Source of the DNA: Candidatus Latescibacterota bacterium | GTDB taxonomy: Bacteria > Latescibacterota > UBA2968 > GCA-2709665 | Reading direction: 5' to 3' | DNA: 64,000 bases | Assembly (NCBI GenBank): GCA_965219995.1 | Contig: CBDCOX010000002.1 | Location: 4,704,001-4,768,000, forward strand | Shown here: one piece after another, positions 1-10,900 of the stretch | Layout of the letters: every line of letters starts with the position of its first letter | How positions within the stretch are numbered: the stretch's first letter is position 1 | Translations under genes and position numbers: made by a program | Notes under the pieces: generated by a model | Database searches by the model: none | Seen by the model: only the letters and a program-made list of their open reading frames with translations | Told to the model about the DNA's origin: nothing

Positions 1-2
1 TG

Positions 3-104
3 GCGCAGAACGAAAACGGGTTTGAGATTGAAATCGGGAAAGAACGATACGCGTTCGACGTGAACAGGACGGGGGAGGAGATCCTGACGCTGCATTCAGC
101 TTAG
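3..104 (+). CDS. 3' end of an unidentified gene (partial, runs off window start)
   Basis: Open frame AQNENGFEIEIGKERYAFDVNRTGEEILTLHSA ending in TAG at 102-104; too short to assign a family. Confidence 0.5.
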   Translation, partial: AQNENGFEIEIGKERYAFDVNRTGEEILTLHSA

Positions 105-181
105 CCCTGTGACGAGTGTGTCGATCGTCTGTTCTTGAGGGATTGAGGGCGGTACGGTACGTGCGACGCAGCGGCCCTTCG

Positions 182-281
182 GCCGTAGAGCAAACTGTTA
201 GTTTGCTTTAACTGATGATCGAACGCCTTCACGTTGATTCCGCTATCCTACGTTTTGTAGGGGCGTCCCTTGTGGGCGCCC
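182..281 (+). repeat. Composite REP-like element, copy 1 (two GTAG-headed palindromes)
   Basis: GTAGAGCAAAC-TGTTA-GTTTGCTTTA at 185-210 and GTAGGGGCGTCC-CTTGT-GGGCGCCC at 257-281; the 100-bp unit recurs at 598-697. Confidence 0.85.
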
Positions 282-283
282 TG

Positions 284-410
284 CCTTCGCCGGCCCTTCG
301 ACACCCTTCGACAGGCTCAGGGACCGAGCTCAGGGAACGGCTCAGGCTGCAGGCTCATTGACGTTCATTGAACAATTCGATGCGTGGTCATTGAGCTTGT
401 CGAAATGCCC
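284..410. repeat. Nested CCCTTCGACAGGCTCAGGG / GTCATTGAGCTTGTCGAAATG palindromic repeat cluster
   Basis: Nested cccttcgac...gctcaggg units; related units occur at about 7790-7850, 52668-52700 and 53114-53146. Confidence 0.7.
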
Positions 411-597
411 GCTCATGCACAGCCAACCATGGCCGCTTTCCCGTAGACGGAGAGCGGCTATTTGCGTAGTGCAGAAACTCACGTGTGAATACTTGAACCC
501 GATTTTCGACTTGACCCGTTTCGGCACGTACCTTATCTCATTGAGAATAGCGGCCACTTCATCCGGTTGCATACGAACAAGATAACGAGGTCTTGCA

Positions 598-697
598 GCC
601 GTAGAGCAAACTGTTGGTTTGCTCTAACCGATGATCGTGGGCCTTCGCATTGAATCCGCTATCCAATGTCTTGTAGGGGCGTCCCTTGTGGGCACCC
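598..697 (+). repeat. Composite REP-like element, copy 2
   Basis: Diverged direct copy of 182-281 (GTAGAGCAAACTGTTGGTTTGCTCTA ... GTAGGGGCGTCCCTTGTGGGCACCC). Confidence 0.85.
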
Positions 698-3600
698 GGC
701 TTCCTGCGGCGATGGGTCCATCTGTCGCTTTATACAACGTGGTATCGGCTTCACACTGAGGTCGCAGTGCGCAGGCATCGTCTACATCCAGCGCGGTTAC
801 GCTCGGCGTGGCGCGGTAGAAGATCAGCCTGGATATTCACCGGCTTGTCAATTGCCATTCTGATCTGTCTGGGGTCTCTCTATTCGCAGGCAAGCTCGCC
901 GAACTCCGCCGGCTCTCCGGACTTCGATGGCAACGGGACTGTCGGGTTCAGCGATTTTGTTCTCTTGGCAGAAGTGTTCGGGTCAAGCGCGGGGGATTCC
1001 GGATTTGATGCGCGGTTTGACCTGGATGGGGACGGCGCCGTCGGATTCGGCGATTTCGTAATCTTCGCAGGTCGTTTCGGCGACAAAGTCCCCGTCTATG
1101 GCGGAGACCGGGATGTCCTGGTAGCGCTGTATGAGGCGACGGACGGCCCAAACTGGGCAATCAGCACGAACTGGCTGACGGACAATGACCTCTCAACCTG
1201 GCATGGCGTGAATGTTCACAACGGCCGGGTCACGGCGCTGGTCCTGACCGACAATAATCTGTCAGGGACTTTACCGGCGGAACTGGGTAAACTGACGCAT
1301 CTCGATTCCCTGGCGATTGACTACAATCAGTTGGCGGGAGCGATTCCGAAAGAACTCGGTCGACTCACTCATCTCAAGACCTTAGATCTAAACAACAACA
1401 ATCTATCGGGGATCATACCGGTGGAATTGGCACAACTCACGCGTCTGACAGTTCTGAGCCTTGGCAGGAATCAGCTGACGGGGCCGATTCCGAGAGAGAT
1501 TGGACAACTCGCCAAGCTCCGGTCGCTTCGCCTGTCGTTAAACCGACTGGCCGGTGAGATGCACCCGGAACTGGGAGAGTTGAGCAATCTTCGGGAATTG
1601 AGCTTTTTCGGGAATGATCTGAATGGAGGGATCCCACCCGAGATTGGACAACTCGCCAGTCTCGAAATCCTGAACCTCTCGGCAAACCAGATTACGGGAA
1701 AGATACCGCAGGAACTGGGAAAACTCACCAATCTGCAAAGGTTGAGCCTTTTCAACAATCAGTTGACAGAGAGTATCCCAAATGAGATCGGACAACTCGG
1801 CAGCCTTTCCCGGTTGAACCTTGCAGGGAATACACTTACGGGGCCGATCCCCGGTGCGCTGGGCCAACTTACCAAATTGAAAGAATTGAATCTTGCCAAT
1901 AATGAGTTAACGGGGCGGATGCCTGATACACTGGGTCAACTCACCAAACTTAGACAATTGAACCTTGCCAATAATGAATTGGAGGGGCCAATCCCCGTTA
2001 CACTGGGTCAGCTCACCAATCTGGTAGAATTGAACCTCGACGATAATGAGCTAGCAGGGCCGATCCCGGCAGAGTTAGGCCGACTAACAGAACTAATAGC
2101 GTTAAGGCTTGCCGCGAATCAGTTGACGGGAAGAATTCCAATGGAACTGGGCGAACTTGCCAGTCTCCAGGTGTTGCTTCTTTATGAGAATGACTATCTC
2201 ACGGGAATCCTGCCCGGATCATTCACCAATCTAACTTTGGAGATGCTTGAGTTGCAAGGCACTGAAGTGTGTATACCTGCGACATCCGAATTCCAAAGTT
2301 GGATTGAGAACATCCCGGACGCGGAAGTCAGCGCTCGATGTTCAGATCGGGATAGGGATGCTCTCGTTGCACTCTACAGCCGCGCGGGTGGGTCCAACTG
2401 GAAAATCAAGACCAACTGGTTGAGCGACAGTTTATTGGGCGAATGGTACGGCGTGACGACGAATGCCGAAGGTCGCGTAGATAGACTGGATCTCCCGGGG
2501 AACAATCTGCGGGGAACGATACCCTTCCAAATGGAAGATCTGACTGGCCTTAAGGTGATAGATTTCTCTTCTAACGACGCCCTTACCGGGCCATTGCCCG
2601 CCGGGCTCGTACAACTCGCCCTGGACTCGCTGGCTTTAGACAGAACACAACTTTGCGGACCTCCACAGACGAAGTTCAGGTCGTGGCTCGATCGGATATC
2701 CTACAGAACGGAAATTGACCAATGTGCCGACACGCGCCCGGATTTCTATGTTCTGGTGGAACTGTACAACGAGACGGATGGACCGAACTGGACGAATACG
2801 ACAAACTGGGCGAGCGCCGCGCCGTTGAGCGAGTGGCACGGCGTGACCACCGATAACCTGGGGCGTGTGACCGGACTGGCTCTGTGGGAAAACAATCTGC
2901 GCGGGACGATACCGAAGCAGATTGCTAAACTCTCCAACCTTGAAGAATTGCTTCTCCATGGAAACAAGTTTACGGGCTCAATCCCGCCGGTACTGGGTGA
3001 GTTGACTAGTCTACGCACTCTCAGTCTGTCTTGGAATCAGTTAACGGGGACGTTACCGAAAGCGATAGGACAACTCACCAAACTCACATCCATTGACCTG
3101 CACAAGAATGACCTGACCGGCTCGATCCCGCCGGAGCTGGGCGGGTTAACCAACCTCCGCAGCCTGAATCTGTCCTGGAATCAGCTGACGGGGACCATAC
3201 CGAAAGCGCTCGGGCAACTTAGGAATCTCAAATTGCTGAGTCTTCTTGAGAATCAACTGACGGGTAGAATACCCTCGAAACTTGGACAGTTGACCAATCT
3301 AACGAGCCTGTATCTGTCGGAGAACAATTTGTCCGGAACGATACCATCGGAGTTGGGCCAACTCACAAGTCTCGAATCGCTGGACCTTTCAAGTAATCAG
3401 TTGACGGGTGGGATTCCACGGGCGCTTGGAAGACTCACCAGACTCCGAAGCCTCCACCTCGGGGTAAACCCGCTGGGCGGTCAGATACCCCCCGAGCTGG
3501 GTCAGTTGACTAATCTCGAAAGTATTAACTTTTCTTTTGCTAATCTAAGTGGGGGGATCCCACATACGCTTGGAAAACTCATTAATCTCAGGTCCTTGTA

Positions 3601-6600
3601 TCTTATTGCAAATGCACTGACTGGACCGATTCCGTCGGAACTGGGGCAGTTGAGCAATCTAAAGAGGTTGAGCTTTTTCGGTAATCAACTGACAGGCAGT
3701 ATTCCACGAGAGCTTGGACAACTCGGGACTCTAGAAAGGTTGGACCTAGTCGGAAATAAACTGACAGGGACAATTCCGGGTGAATTTGGCAAACTCACCA
3801 ATCTTGCGAAGTTGGATCTTAGCGTGAATAGCCTGACAGGGGCGATTCCGGGTCAACTAGGCCAACTTACCAATTTAAGTGAGCTGAGTCTTTTTGGAAA
3901 TCAGTTGACGGGAACCATCCCCGTTGAAATCGGTAAACTCACCAATTTAAATGACTTGAGCCTTGAACACAATGAGATGACAGGAACCATCCCTGGCGAA
4001 CTGGGACAACTCACAAACCTTAAAGATCTGAGCCTTTTTGGAAATCAGTTGACGGGTCCCATTCCCGTTGAATTGGGGAAACTAACCGAACTAACCGAAT
4101 TGCTCCTCACCGACAATCAGTTGACGGGTTCCATTCCGGTTGAACTGGGCAAAATCACTAGTCTTGAGCGCCTATGGCTTGGCGAGAATCAGCTAACAGG
4201 GACGATACCGAAGGAACTGGGGCAACTTACCAATCTTACAGAATTGCTCCTGCATGAAAACGACGGCCTGACCGGGCCATTGCCAAAGACGTTTACCGGT
4301 CTCGACCTGAAAATGCTGGGATTGCAGGGAACTCCAGTATGCGTACCTCAGACCAGCGAATTCCAGGAATGGTTCGAGGCGATACCGAACAAGCGTGTCA
4401 GTGCGAATTGTTCCGATAGGGAACGGGATGCACTGGTCGCGCTCTATAACGTCACGGACGGAGCCAACTGGATAGACAAGACAAACTGGTTAACCGCGGG
4501 GTCACTGGGTGAATGGTACGGCGTCATGGCCGATGAGGACGGCCGCGTGACCCGGCTAGACCTGCAGGGAAACAACTTGCGAGGAACAATTCCTGCGCAA
4601 TTGGGAGGGTTGACCCATCTCAATACACTGGAACTTGCATCCAATGCTGCGTTGTCCGGGCCATTGCCCGCAGGGCTAACGGGACTCGCACTGGATACAC
4701 TTTCGCTGGGCGGAACCGATCTGTGCGGCCCCCCGACGGCGGATTTCCAGCGCTGGCTCAATGGTATACCCGACAGGACCGAAGTCGCCCGCTGTGCCGA
4801 CACTCGTGCGGATTATTATGTTTTGATGGATTTTTACAACAGGACGAATGGACCGAACTGGACGAATTCGTCTCACTGGGCAAGTCCGGCGCCGTTGGGC
4901 GACTGGCACGGCGTGACCACCGATTCCGGAGGACGCGTGACTGCTTTGGATCTGCGGGAAAACAACCTACAGGGGACGATACCAAAGGAATTGGGGCAAC
5001 TAACCAATCTAACTGAACTGGATCTTGGAAGGAATAAACTTACGGGTGCAATCCCGTCGGAACTGGGACAACTTACATACCTTACATCCCTGGACTTTCA
5101 CAATAACCTGTTAACGGGGCGGATTCCATCGGAACTGGGCGAGCTCACCGGCCTCGCACATTTAGACCTCGGCTGGAATCAGTTGACAGGAACGATCCCT
5201 GCAGAGCTCGGTCAGCTTACCGAACTCACATATCTGGATCTTGCCAACAACGAGCTTACTGGAGAGAGCCCACCCGAGTTTGGGCGGTTGGACAAACTCG
5301 AAAGGCTGGATCTTGGGAGCAATCGGCTCCGCGGCGGAATCTTGTCTGTACTGGGAGAGTTGTCCCGTCTCAGTTGGTTGAATCTTGACCATAATGAGTT
5401 TACGGGTCCAATTCCAGCGGAGCTGGGAAAGCTTACCGGTCTTAAGAGATTGTACCTTGCGGGTAACCGGCTGACGGGCGGAATACCCTCAGAACTGGGG
5501 CAACTTGGCGACCTCGGATTTCTGCAGCTTTACGGCAACCGGTTGACCGGACCCATACCTGCAGAACTGGGTCGGCTCACCAATCTCACAGAACTGCATC
5601 TCGCCCGCAACCAGTTAACCGGGCCAATACTTGCAGGACTGGGCCAACTTACCAATCTCATCAGCCTGAATCTTTCCCGTAATCAACTGACGGGGACGAT
5701 ACCCGCAGAACTCGGCCAACTCAACAGGCTAAGGCAACTGAACCTCAACGAGAATGAGTTGACCGGAGGGATTCCGCCGCAGCTGGGCCAACTCACCAAT
5801 CTCACATCTCTGGACCTTGCCGGGAATCAGTTGACGGGATGGATTCCACCGGAGATCGGACAGATCATCAGTATGACTTGGTTGGAATTCACGGGGAATC
5901 AGTTAACGGGGAAGATACCTGCGGAATTGGGACAATTGACAGATCTCGAAGGATTGAATCTCTCAAAAAACCGGTTGTCGGGTGGGTTGCCTCAAGAGTT
6001 GGGGAAACTCCCCAATCTCAAATGGTTGGATCTCAGCGCAAACAAGCTCTCTGGCGAAATTCCAACGGAGCTGGGCAGTCTCAGCAATTTGGAGACGCTG
6101 AATCTCGCCTTTAATGGTGCCTTGTCCGGGAATATCCCTCACACTTTCACTCGTCTGAATCTTGAATCCCTCCGTCTGAGCGAAACGCTACTGTGTGTAC
6201 CGGACGGAGATGAGTTCAAGGCGTGGCTCATTAGAATTCCGGAAAACCGAGTACCCAACTGCACGCGAATCGACAGATCGTCAGCCTACCTGACGCAGGC
6301 CACGCAATCCTTGGAATATCCCGTGTCCCTTGTGGCCGGTGAGGCCGCCCTCCTGCGCGTGTTCGTCACCTCTGAACCGAACGTGGATGCGGCGATGCCG
6401 CCCGTGCGGGCCACCTTTTTTCTCAACGGTACTGAGGTACATAGGACGGAGATCCGCGGCAGGGAGACCGGTCTCCCCTGGCAGATCAGCGAAGCGTCGC
6501 TGTTGAATTCGGCCAACGCAGTGGTGCCCGGCGCGCTTGTGATGCCGGGCTTGGAGATGGTGGTGGAGATCGATCCGGACCAGTCGCTGGCACCGCGCCT

Positions 6601-6901
6601 CAATATCGGCGGGCGGCTGCCCCGGATTGGGCGGGCGGCCGTCGACGTGAGGCCCATGCCGCCTCTTGAACTAACGTTGGTACCGTTTCTGTGGTCCGAA
6701 AACCCGGACAGTACTGTATTAGCGGAAACGCGGGACCTGACGGCCGAATCCGATTTGTTCAGGTCCACGCGCGACCTCCTTCCCGTCGGCGACTTCCGTC
6801 TGACCGTCAACGAGCCGGTATTGACTTCGGCGGATCCCACGTCCGACAGCCATGAGACGTTGATGTCTGAAACCGGGGTAATTCGTGCCATGGCAGGGTG
6901 A
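686..6901 (+). CDS. Giant secreted EF-hand/dockerin-like + plant-type leucine-rich-repeat protein (true start uncertain, probably downstream of 686)
   Basis: Hydrophobic signal (WIFTGLSIAILICLGSLYSQA), paired DFDGNGTVGFSDF / DLDGDGAVGFGDF Ca-binding loops, dozens of 24-aa LxxLxLxxNxLTGxIPxELGxL repeats in five capped blocks. Ends at an in-frame TGA continuing into the next ORF. Confidence 0.92.
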   Translation: MWAPGFLRRWVHLSLYTTWYRLHTEVAVRRHRLHPARLRSAWRGRRSAWIFTGLSIAILICLGSLYSQASSPNSAGSPDFDGNGTVGFSDFVLLAEVFGSSAGDSGFDARFDLDGDGAVGFGDFVIFAGRFGDKVPVYGGDRDVLVALYEATDGPNWAISTNWLTDNDLSTWHGVNVHNGRVTALVLTDNNLSGTLPAELGKLTHLDSLAIDYNQLAGAIPKELGRLTHLKTLDLNNNNLSGIIPVELAQLTRLTVLSLGRNQLTGPIPREIGQLAKLRSLRLSLNRLAGEMHPELGELSNLRELSFFGNDLNGGIPPEIGQLASLEILNLSANQITGKIPQELGKLTNLQRLSLFNNQLTESIPNEIGQLGSLSRLNLAGNTLTGPIPGALGQLTKLKELNLANNELTGRMPDTLGQLTKLRQLNLANNELEGPIPVTLGQLTNLVELNLDDNELAGPIPAELGRLTELIALRLAANQLTGRIPMELGELASLQVLLLYENDYLTGILPGSFTNLTLEMLELQGTEVCIPATSEFQSWIENIPDAEVSARCSDRDRDALVALYSRAGGSNWKIKTNWLSDSLLGEWYGVTTNAEGRVDRLDLPGNNLRGTIPFQMEDLTGLKVIDFSSNDALTGPLPAGLVQLALDSLALDRTQLCGPPQTKFRSWLDRISYRTEIDQCADTRPDFYVLVELYNETDGPNWTNTTNWASAAPLSEWHGVTTDNLGRVTGLALWENNLRGTIPKQIAKLSNLEELLLHGNKFTGSIPPVLGELTSLRTLSLSWNQLTGTLPKAIGQLTKLTSIDLHKNDLTGSIPPELGGLTNLRSLNLSWNQLTGTIPKALGQLRNLKLLSLLENQLTGRIPSKLGQLTNLTSLYLSENNLSGTIPSELGQLTSLESLDLSSNQLTGGIPRALGRLTRLRSLHLGVNPLGGQIPPELGQLTNLESINFSFANLSGGIPHTLGKLINLRSLYLIANALTGPIPSELGQLSNLKRLSFFGNQLTGSIPRELGQLGTLERLDLVGNKLTGTIPGEFGKLTNLAKLDLSVNSLTGAIPGQLGQLTNLSELSLFGNQLTGTIPVEIGKLTNLNDLSLEHNEMTGTIPGELGQLTNLKDLSLFGNQLTGPIPVELGKLTELTELLLTDNQLTGSIPVELGKITSLERLWLGENQLTGTIPKELGQLTNLTELLLHENDGLTGPLPKTFTGLDLKMLGLQGTPVCVPQTSEFQEWFEAIPNKRVSANCSDRERDALVALYNVTDGANWIDKTNWLTAGSLGEWYGVMADEDGRVTRLDLQGNNLRGTIPAQLGGLTHLNTLELASNAALSGPLPAGLTGLALDTLSLGGTDLCGPPTADFQRWLNGIPDRTEVARCADTRADYYVLMDFYNRTNGPNWTNSSHWASPAPLGDWHGVTTDSGGRVTALDLRENNLQGTIPKELGQLTNLTELDLGRNKLTGAIPSELGQLTYLTSLDFHNNLLTGRIPSELGELTGLAHLDLGWNQLTGTIPAELGQLTELTYLDLANNELTGESPPEFGRLDKLERLDLGSNRLRGGILSVLGELSRLSWLNLDHNEFTGPIPAELGKLTGLKRLYLAGNRLTGGIPSELGQLGDLGFLQLYGNRLTGPIPAELGRLTNLTELHLARNQLTGPILAGLGQLTNLISLNLSRNQLTGTIPAELGQLNRLRQLNLNENELTGGIPPQLGQLTNLTSLDLAGNQLTGWIPPEIGQIISMTWLEFTGNQLTGKIPAELGQLTDLEGLNLSKNRLSGGLPQELGKLPNLKWLDLSANKLSGEIPTELGSLSNLETLNLAFNGALSGNIPHTFTRLNLESLRLSETLLCVPDGDEFKAWLIRIPENRVPNCTRIDRSSAYLTQATQSLEYPVSLVAGEAALLRVFVTSEPNVDAAMPPVRATFFLNGTEVHRTEIRGRETGLPWQISEASLLNSANAVVPGALVMPGLEMVVEIDPDQSLAPRLNIGGRLPRIGRAAVDVRPMPPLELTLVPFLWSENPDSTVLAETRDLTAESDLFRSTRDLLPVGDFRLTVNEPVLTSADPTSDSHETLMSETGVIRAMAG

Positions 6902-6913
6902 AATGGCCACTTT

Positions 6914-7741
6914 ATGGGGATCTTCAGAGAGCAGGGTCAAAGTGGCATTAGAGGGATAGCATATTTACCAGGATACATAAGCCTGTCCGTGCTGGATGAC
7001 AAGGTCATCGCGCACGAACTCGGGCACAACCTGAGTTTGTATCACGCCCCGGGGTGTAACGCAGGCGGTCCCGACCCAGGATTTCCCACCGAGGACGGAT
7101 CCATCGGCGGGTGGGGGTACGATTTCACGACGGGAACCTTGGTGACCCCCGTAACATGGGACCTGATGTCCTACTGCCACCCCCAGTGGATCAGCGAATA
7201 CAGCTTTTCGAGGGCAATGCGCCATCGAATACAGGAGAGTCGCGGACTCGAAGCGGCGGCCAGCTCAAGTTCGACGAGGGGCCTGCTGCTTTGGGGCGGC
7301 GTGAACGGAGACAATGAACCCTTCCTCGAACCCGCATTCGTGGTGAGCGCAGCGCCGAACCTGCCGCGTAAGGACGGCCCCTACCGGCTCATGGGTGAGG
7401 CAGAAGACGGTAGTACCTTATTCGACGTTGCTTTCGGCCTGGCCGAGATCGCGTGCGGCGGGTCTGGTGGAACATTCGCCTTCATAATTCCGGTTGAGCC
7501 CGATTGGCCCGGCAGGCTGGAGCGCGTCGCGTTCTCGGCTCCGGAAGGTGCCTCGGTCCTCGACGGCGAGGAAGACCCCGCCGCCGCGCTGCTGCTGGAC
7601 CGCGTGACGGGAAGCGTGCGGGGCATCTTGCGGGACTGGGTCGAAGCGGCGGCCAAACGACCCGCGGCAAGCCTCGCGACGCCGGAACTGGAAGTCCTGA
7701 CCAGCTATGGCATCCCCGATGCGGCCGCATGGCAGCGTTAA
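6914..7741 (+). CDS. Metzincin (M66-like) zinc protease domain; in-frame C-terminal continuation of the LRR gene
   Basis: HELGHNLSLYH (HExxHxxxxxH) plus Met-turn DLMSY. Same frame as 686..6901, separated only by TGA 6899-6901 and four sense codons. Confidence 0.8.
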   Translation: MGIFREQGQSGIRGIAYLPGYISLSVLDDKVIAHELGHNLSLYHAPGCNAGGPDPGFPTEDGSIGGWGYDFTTGTLVTPVTWDLMSYCHPQWISEYSFSRAMRHRIQESRGLEAAASSSSTRGLLLWGGVNGDNEPFLEPAFVVSAAPNLPRKDGPYRLMGEAEDGSTLFDVAFGLAEIACGGSGGTFAFIIPVEPDWPGRLERVAFSAPEGASVLDGEEDPAAALLLDRVTGSVRGILRDWVEAAAKRPAASLATPELEVLTSYGIPDAAAWQR

Positions 7742-7987
7742 TCCAACGCCGCGGTTGGGCTTCAGGCTGCGAGCGCCTGAACTCTTCCTTCAGCCCTTCG
7801 CCGTCCCTTCGACCGGCTTAGGGAGCCACTCACGGCGGCACTCAGCGACAGCAAATTGTAGAACTTGATTTACTTGAAGCGATGGCCTGCCGCCAGCGGC
7901 GCAAACTGACAGTTTGCGCTACCAGTTCCAACGTCTTGCAGGGGCGCCCGGCTTCCCGCGGCGACATCGCAATCCGGATTCGCGAAA

Positions 7988-10900
7988 ATGGATTCAGGAA
8001 TTCCCCATCGAGTTGCATCGATCGACCTCGAGGTCGGCAGGAAGAACGGCCGTATTCGCGCATTCGCCGCCGTTCGCTCCGACAGGGATCGGCCGCTGAT
8101 CGTTAGCAGTGGAAACGCCGCAACGGCATTGCGGGAACTCGACGATTTCGTCAGCGGCGCGGATTTCCTGCTCGGCCACAACCTGATCGGCTTCGATCTG
8201 CCCCATCTGACCGCCGCGAAATCGGACCTCGGGCTGCTGAAACTGCCTGTCGTCGATACCCTGAAGCTGAATCCCCTCGCCTTTCCCCGGAATCCCTATC
8301 ACCACCTCGTCAAGCACTATCAGGATCCACAGCTCAAGCAGGGGCGATTGAACGACCCGGAACTCGACGCGCGCCTCGCGCTGGATCTCTTCCGTGACCA
8401 GTGTGGCGCGTTGGAAGCCGTCGGCGGGGACAACCCGGAACTGCTCCTGGCGTGGCATTGGCTCACCACGGCACCGGGTGACAGGACAGATGTCGACGCG
8501 TTTTCGGAGAACGAAAGGAACGGCTGCAGCGTGTTCTTCCGCGCCTTGCGGCGGTCTCATCGACCGCCAGGCATCGAAGCGCGTACCGCCATTGGCAGCT
8601 TGCTGAAGGGGAGCGGCTGTGAAAATCAAGGTCAGGACGTGGTGCGGAATATCGACCTGGCGGGTTGGCCCCTGGCCTATGCCCTCGCGTGGCTGTCGGT
8701 GGCCGGCGGCAATTCGGTAATGCCTCCCTGGGTTCGACATCAGTTCCCTGAAGCGGGGCGGCTCGTCCGCCGGTTGAGGGACAGGCCCTGCGGTCGGCCG
8801 GACTGCGAATGGTGCGGCGAGCGGCACGATCCGCGGAAGGAACTGAAGCTATGGTTCGGTTTCGACGACTTCCGACCGGAACCAGCGGGCGCGGACGGTC
8901 GGCCGATGCAGCAGGCCATCTGCGAGGCGGCGATGGCGGGCGAGCATATCCTTGGAATCCTGCCGACCGGTACCGGCAAGTCGCTTTGCTATCAGATCCC
9001 TGCCCTCTCCCGTTACGACAAGATCGGCGCTCTGACCGTGGTGATTTCGCCGCTTGTCGCACTCATGGCGGACCAGGTTGCAGGCCTGGAGGCGAGTGGA
9101 ATCACTTCCTGCGTGGCGATCAACGGGCTGCTTTCGATGCCCGAACGCGCCGACGCCCTGGACCGGGTGCGACTCGGGGACGCGGCGATTGTGCTCGTTT
9201 CCCCCGAGCAACTCCGCAGCAAGCCCTTCCGTCGCGTACTGGACCAGCGCGAAATCGGCGCCTGGGTGCTGGACGAAGCCCATTGTCTCTCGCGATGGGG
9301 CCACGACTTCAGGTCCGATTACCGGTATTTGGGACGGTTCATCCGTGAGAAGGCCGGACAGGAGCCGATCCCTCCGTTGATATGCCTGACGGCGACCGCA
9401 AAGCCCGACGTCGTTGCGGACATCAGGCAGCATTTCCAGGACGAGTTGGGGATTCAGTTAAGCGTGTTCGACGGCGGGGCCCAGCGTACGAATCTGGATT
9501 TCGTGGTCGTACAGACGACCGAACCGGAGAAATTTGCCCACATCCACCAGATACTGATGGCGGACCTTCCTCCGAAGACCCCCGGGGGCGCCATCGTCTA
9601 TTGTGCGACGCAACAGCAGACGGAAGAGGCGGCGCAGTTCTTGCGGCTTAAGGAAGTCGAGGCCGAGCATTTTCACGCGGGATTGTCACCTGAAACAAAG
9701 AAGGACGTGCAGCAGAGATTCGTCGGCGGCCAGTTGCGGGTGATCACGGCCACCAATGCCTTCGGCATGGGCATCGACAAGCCGGACGTGCGCCTGGTGA
9801 TCCACGCCGACATTCCCGGTTCGCTGGAGAACTACATGCAGGAGGCCGGCCGCGCCGGTCGGGACCGGAAGACCGCGCGATGTGTCCTTCTTTATACGCC
9901 CGACGACGTGGAACGGCAGTTCGGCATGTCGGCGCGCTCACGGCTCACCCGGCGCGAGATTCACGGCGTCCTGAGGGCGCTCCGCAATCTGGACCGCAAG
10001 AAGCGACTCGGCGGCGAGGTCGTCGCGACGTCAGGTGAGATCCTTGGCGAAGACGAGGAGATGGCCTTCGATAGGGACTCCGCCACGGACGATACCCGTG
10101 TGCGGACTGCCGTCTCCTGGCTTGAAGAGTCCGTATTGTTGTCCCGGGAGGAAAACCGGGTACAGATATTTCCCTCGTCTCTGAGAGTAAGCTCAGTGAA
10201 GGAAGCAAGGGCAAGATTCCAAAGGCGAGGGATAACTGAGGGATATCGACGGCAGCTGCTGAGAATCGTCGAAGCGCTCATCGACGCGGACCCCGACGAA
10301 GGCATCTCCACGGACGAACTGATGGGTGTTGCCGGGTTGAGTCCCGAAGGTGTACGCGGCGCCATGTTCGATCTCGAGCGGCTCGGCATTGCCACGAACG
10401 ATACGGCATTGACCGCCTTCGTCCACGCGGGCGTAACCAACCACTCACTTAAGAGATTCGATGCGACGGAGGAACTGGAAGTCGCCTTGATCGCGCACAT
10501 GCGTGAGGCGGCGCCCGATATGGACAAGGGTGACAGCTCGACCCTGCATCTGCGCGTCGCCGCGCAGAAACTGCGCGATGCGGGCGTGGTCGATCCCCTC
10601 CCCGAGAGATTGTGGCGCATTCTGCGCAGTATCGCCGCCGATGGGCGCGGCGAAGGGGGTGACGCGGGAAGTCTCGGTGTTCGGCGGCGGGACGGCGAAA
10701 CGGTGCACGTCGAATTGCGGCGCGAGTGGTCGGACCTTCAGGTACTTGCGTCGCGCCGGCGAGAGGGGGCGAAGCGCCTGCTGGATCATTTGCTGGCCAG
10801 TCTGCCGTCCGGGAGCCGCGGCACCGACCTGCTCGCGGAGACCACACTCGGCAAGCTATTGGATGCCATCACGTCTGACATCGTCTTGAAGAGCAGAGTC

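Noticed and set aside
686-6901. Diversity-generating retroelement acting on the LRR gene
   Set aside because: No reverse transcriptase and no template/variable repeat pair with adenine-specific differences was seen.
6899-6949. Selenocysteine call at the in-frame UGA
   Set aside because: The position is in a Gly-rich linker-like context with no Cys/redox motif, and the hairpin is not a convincing canonical SECIS. Kept only as possible readthrough.
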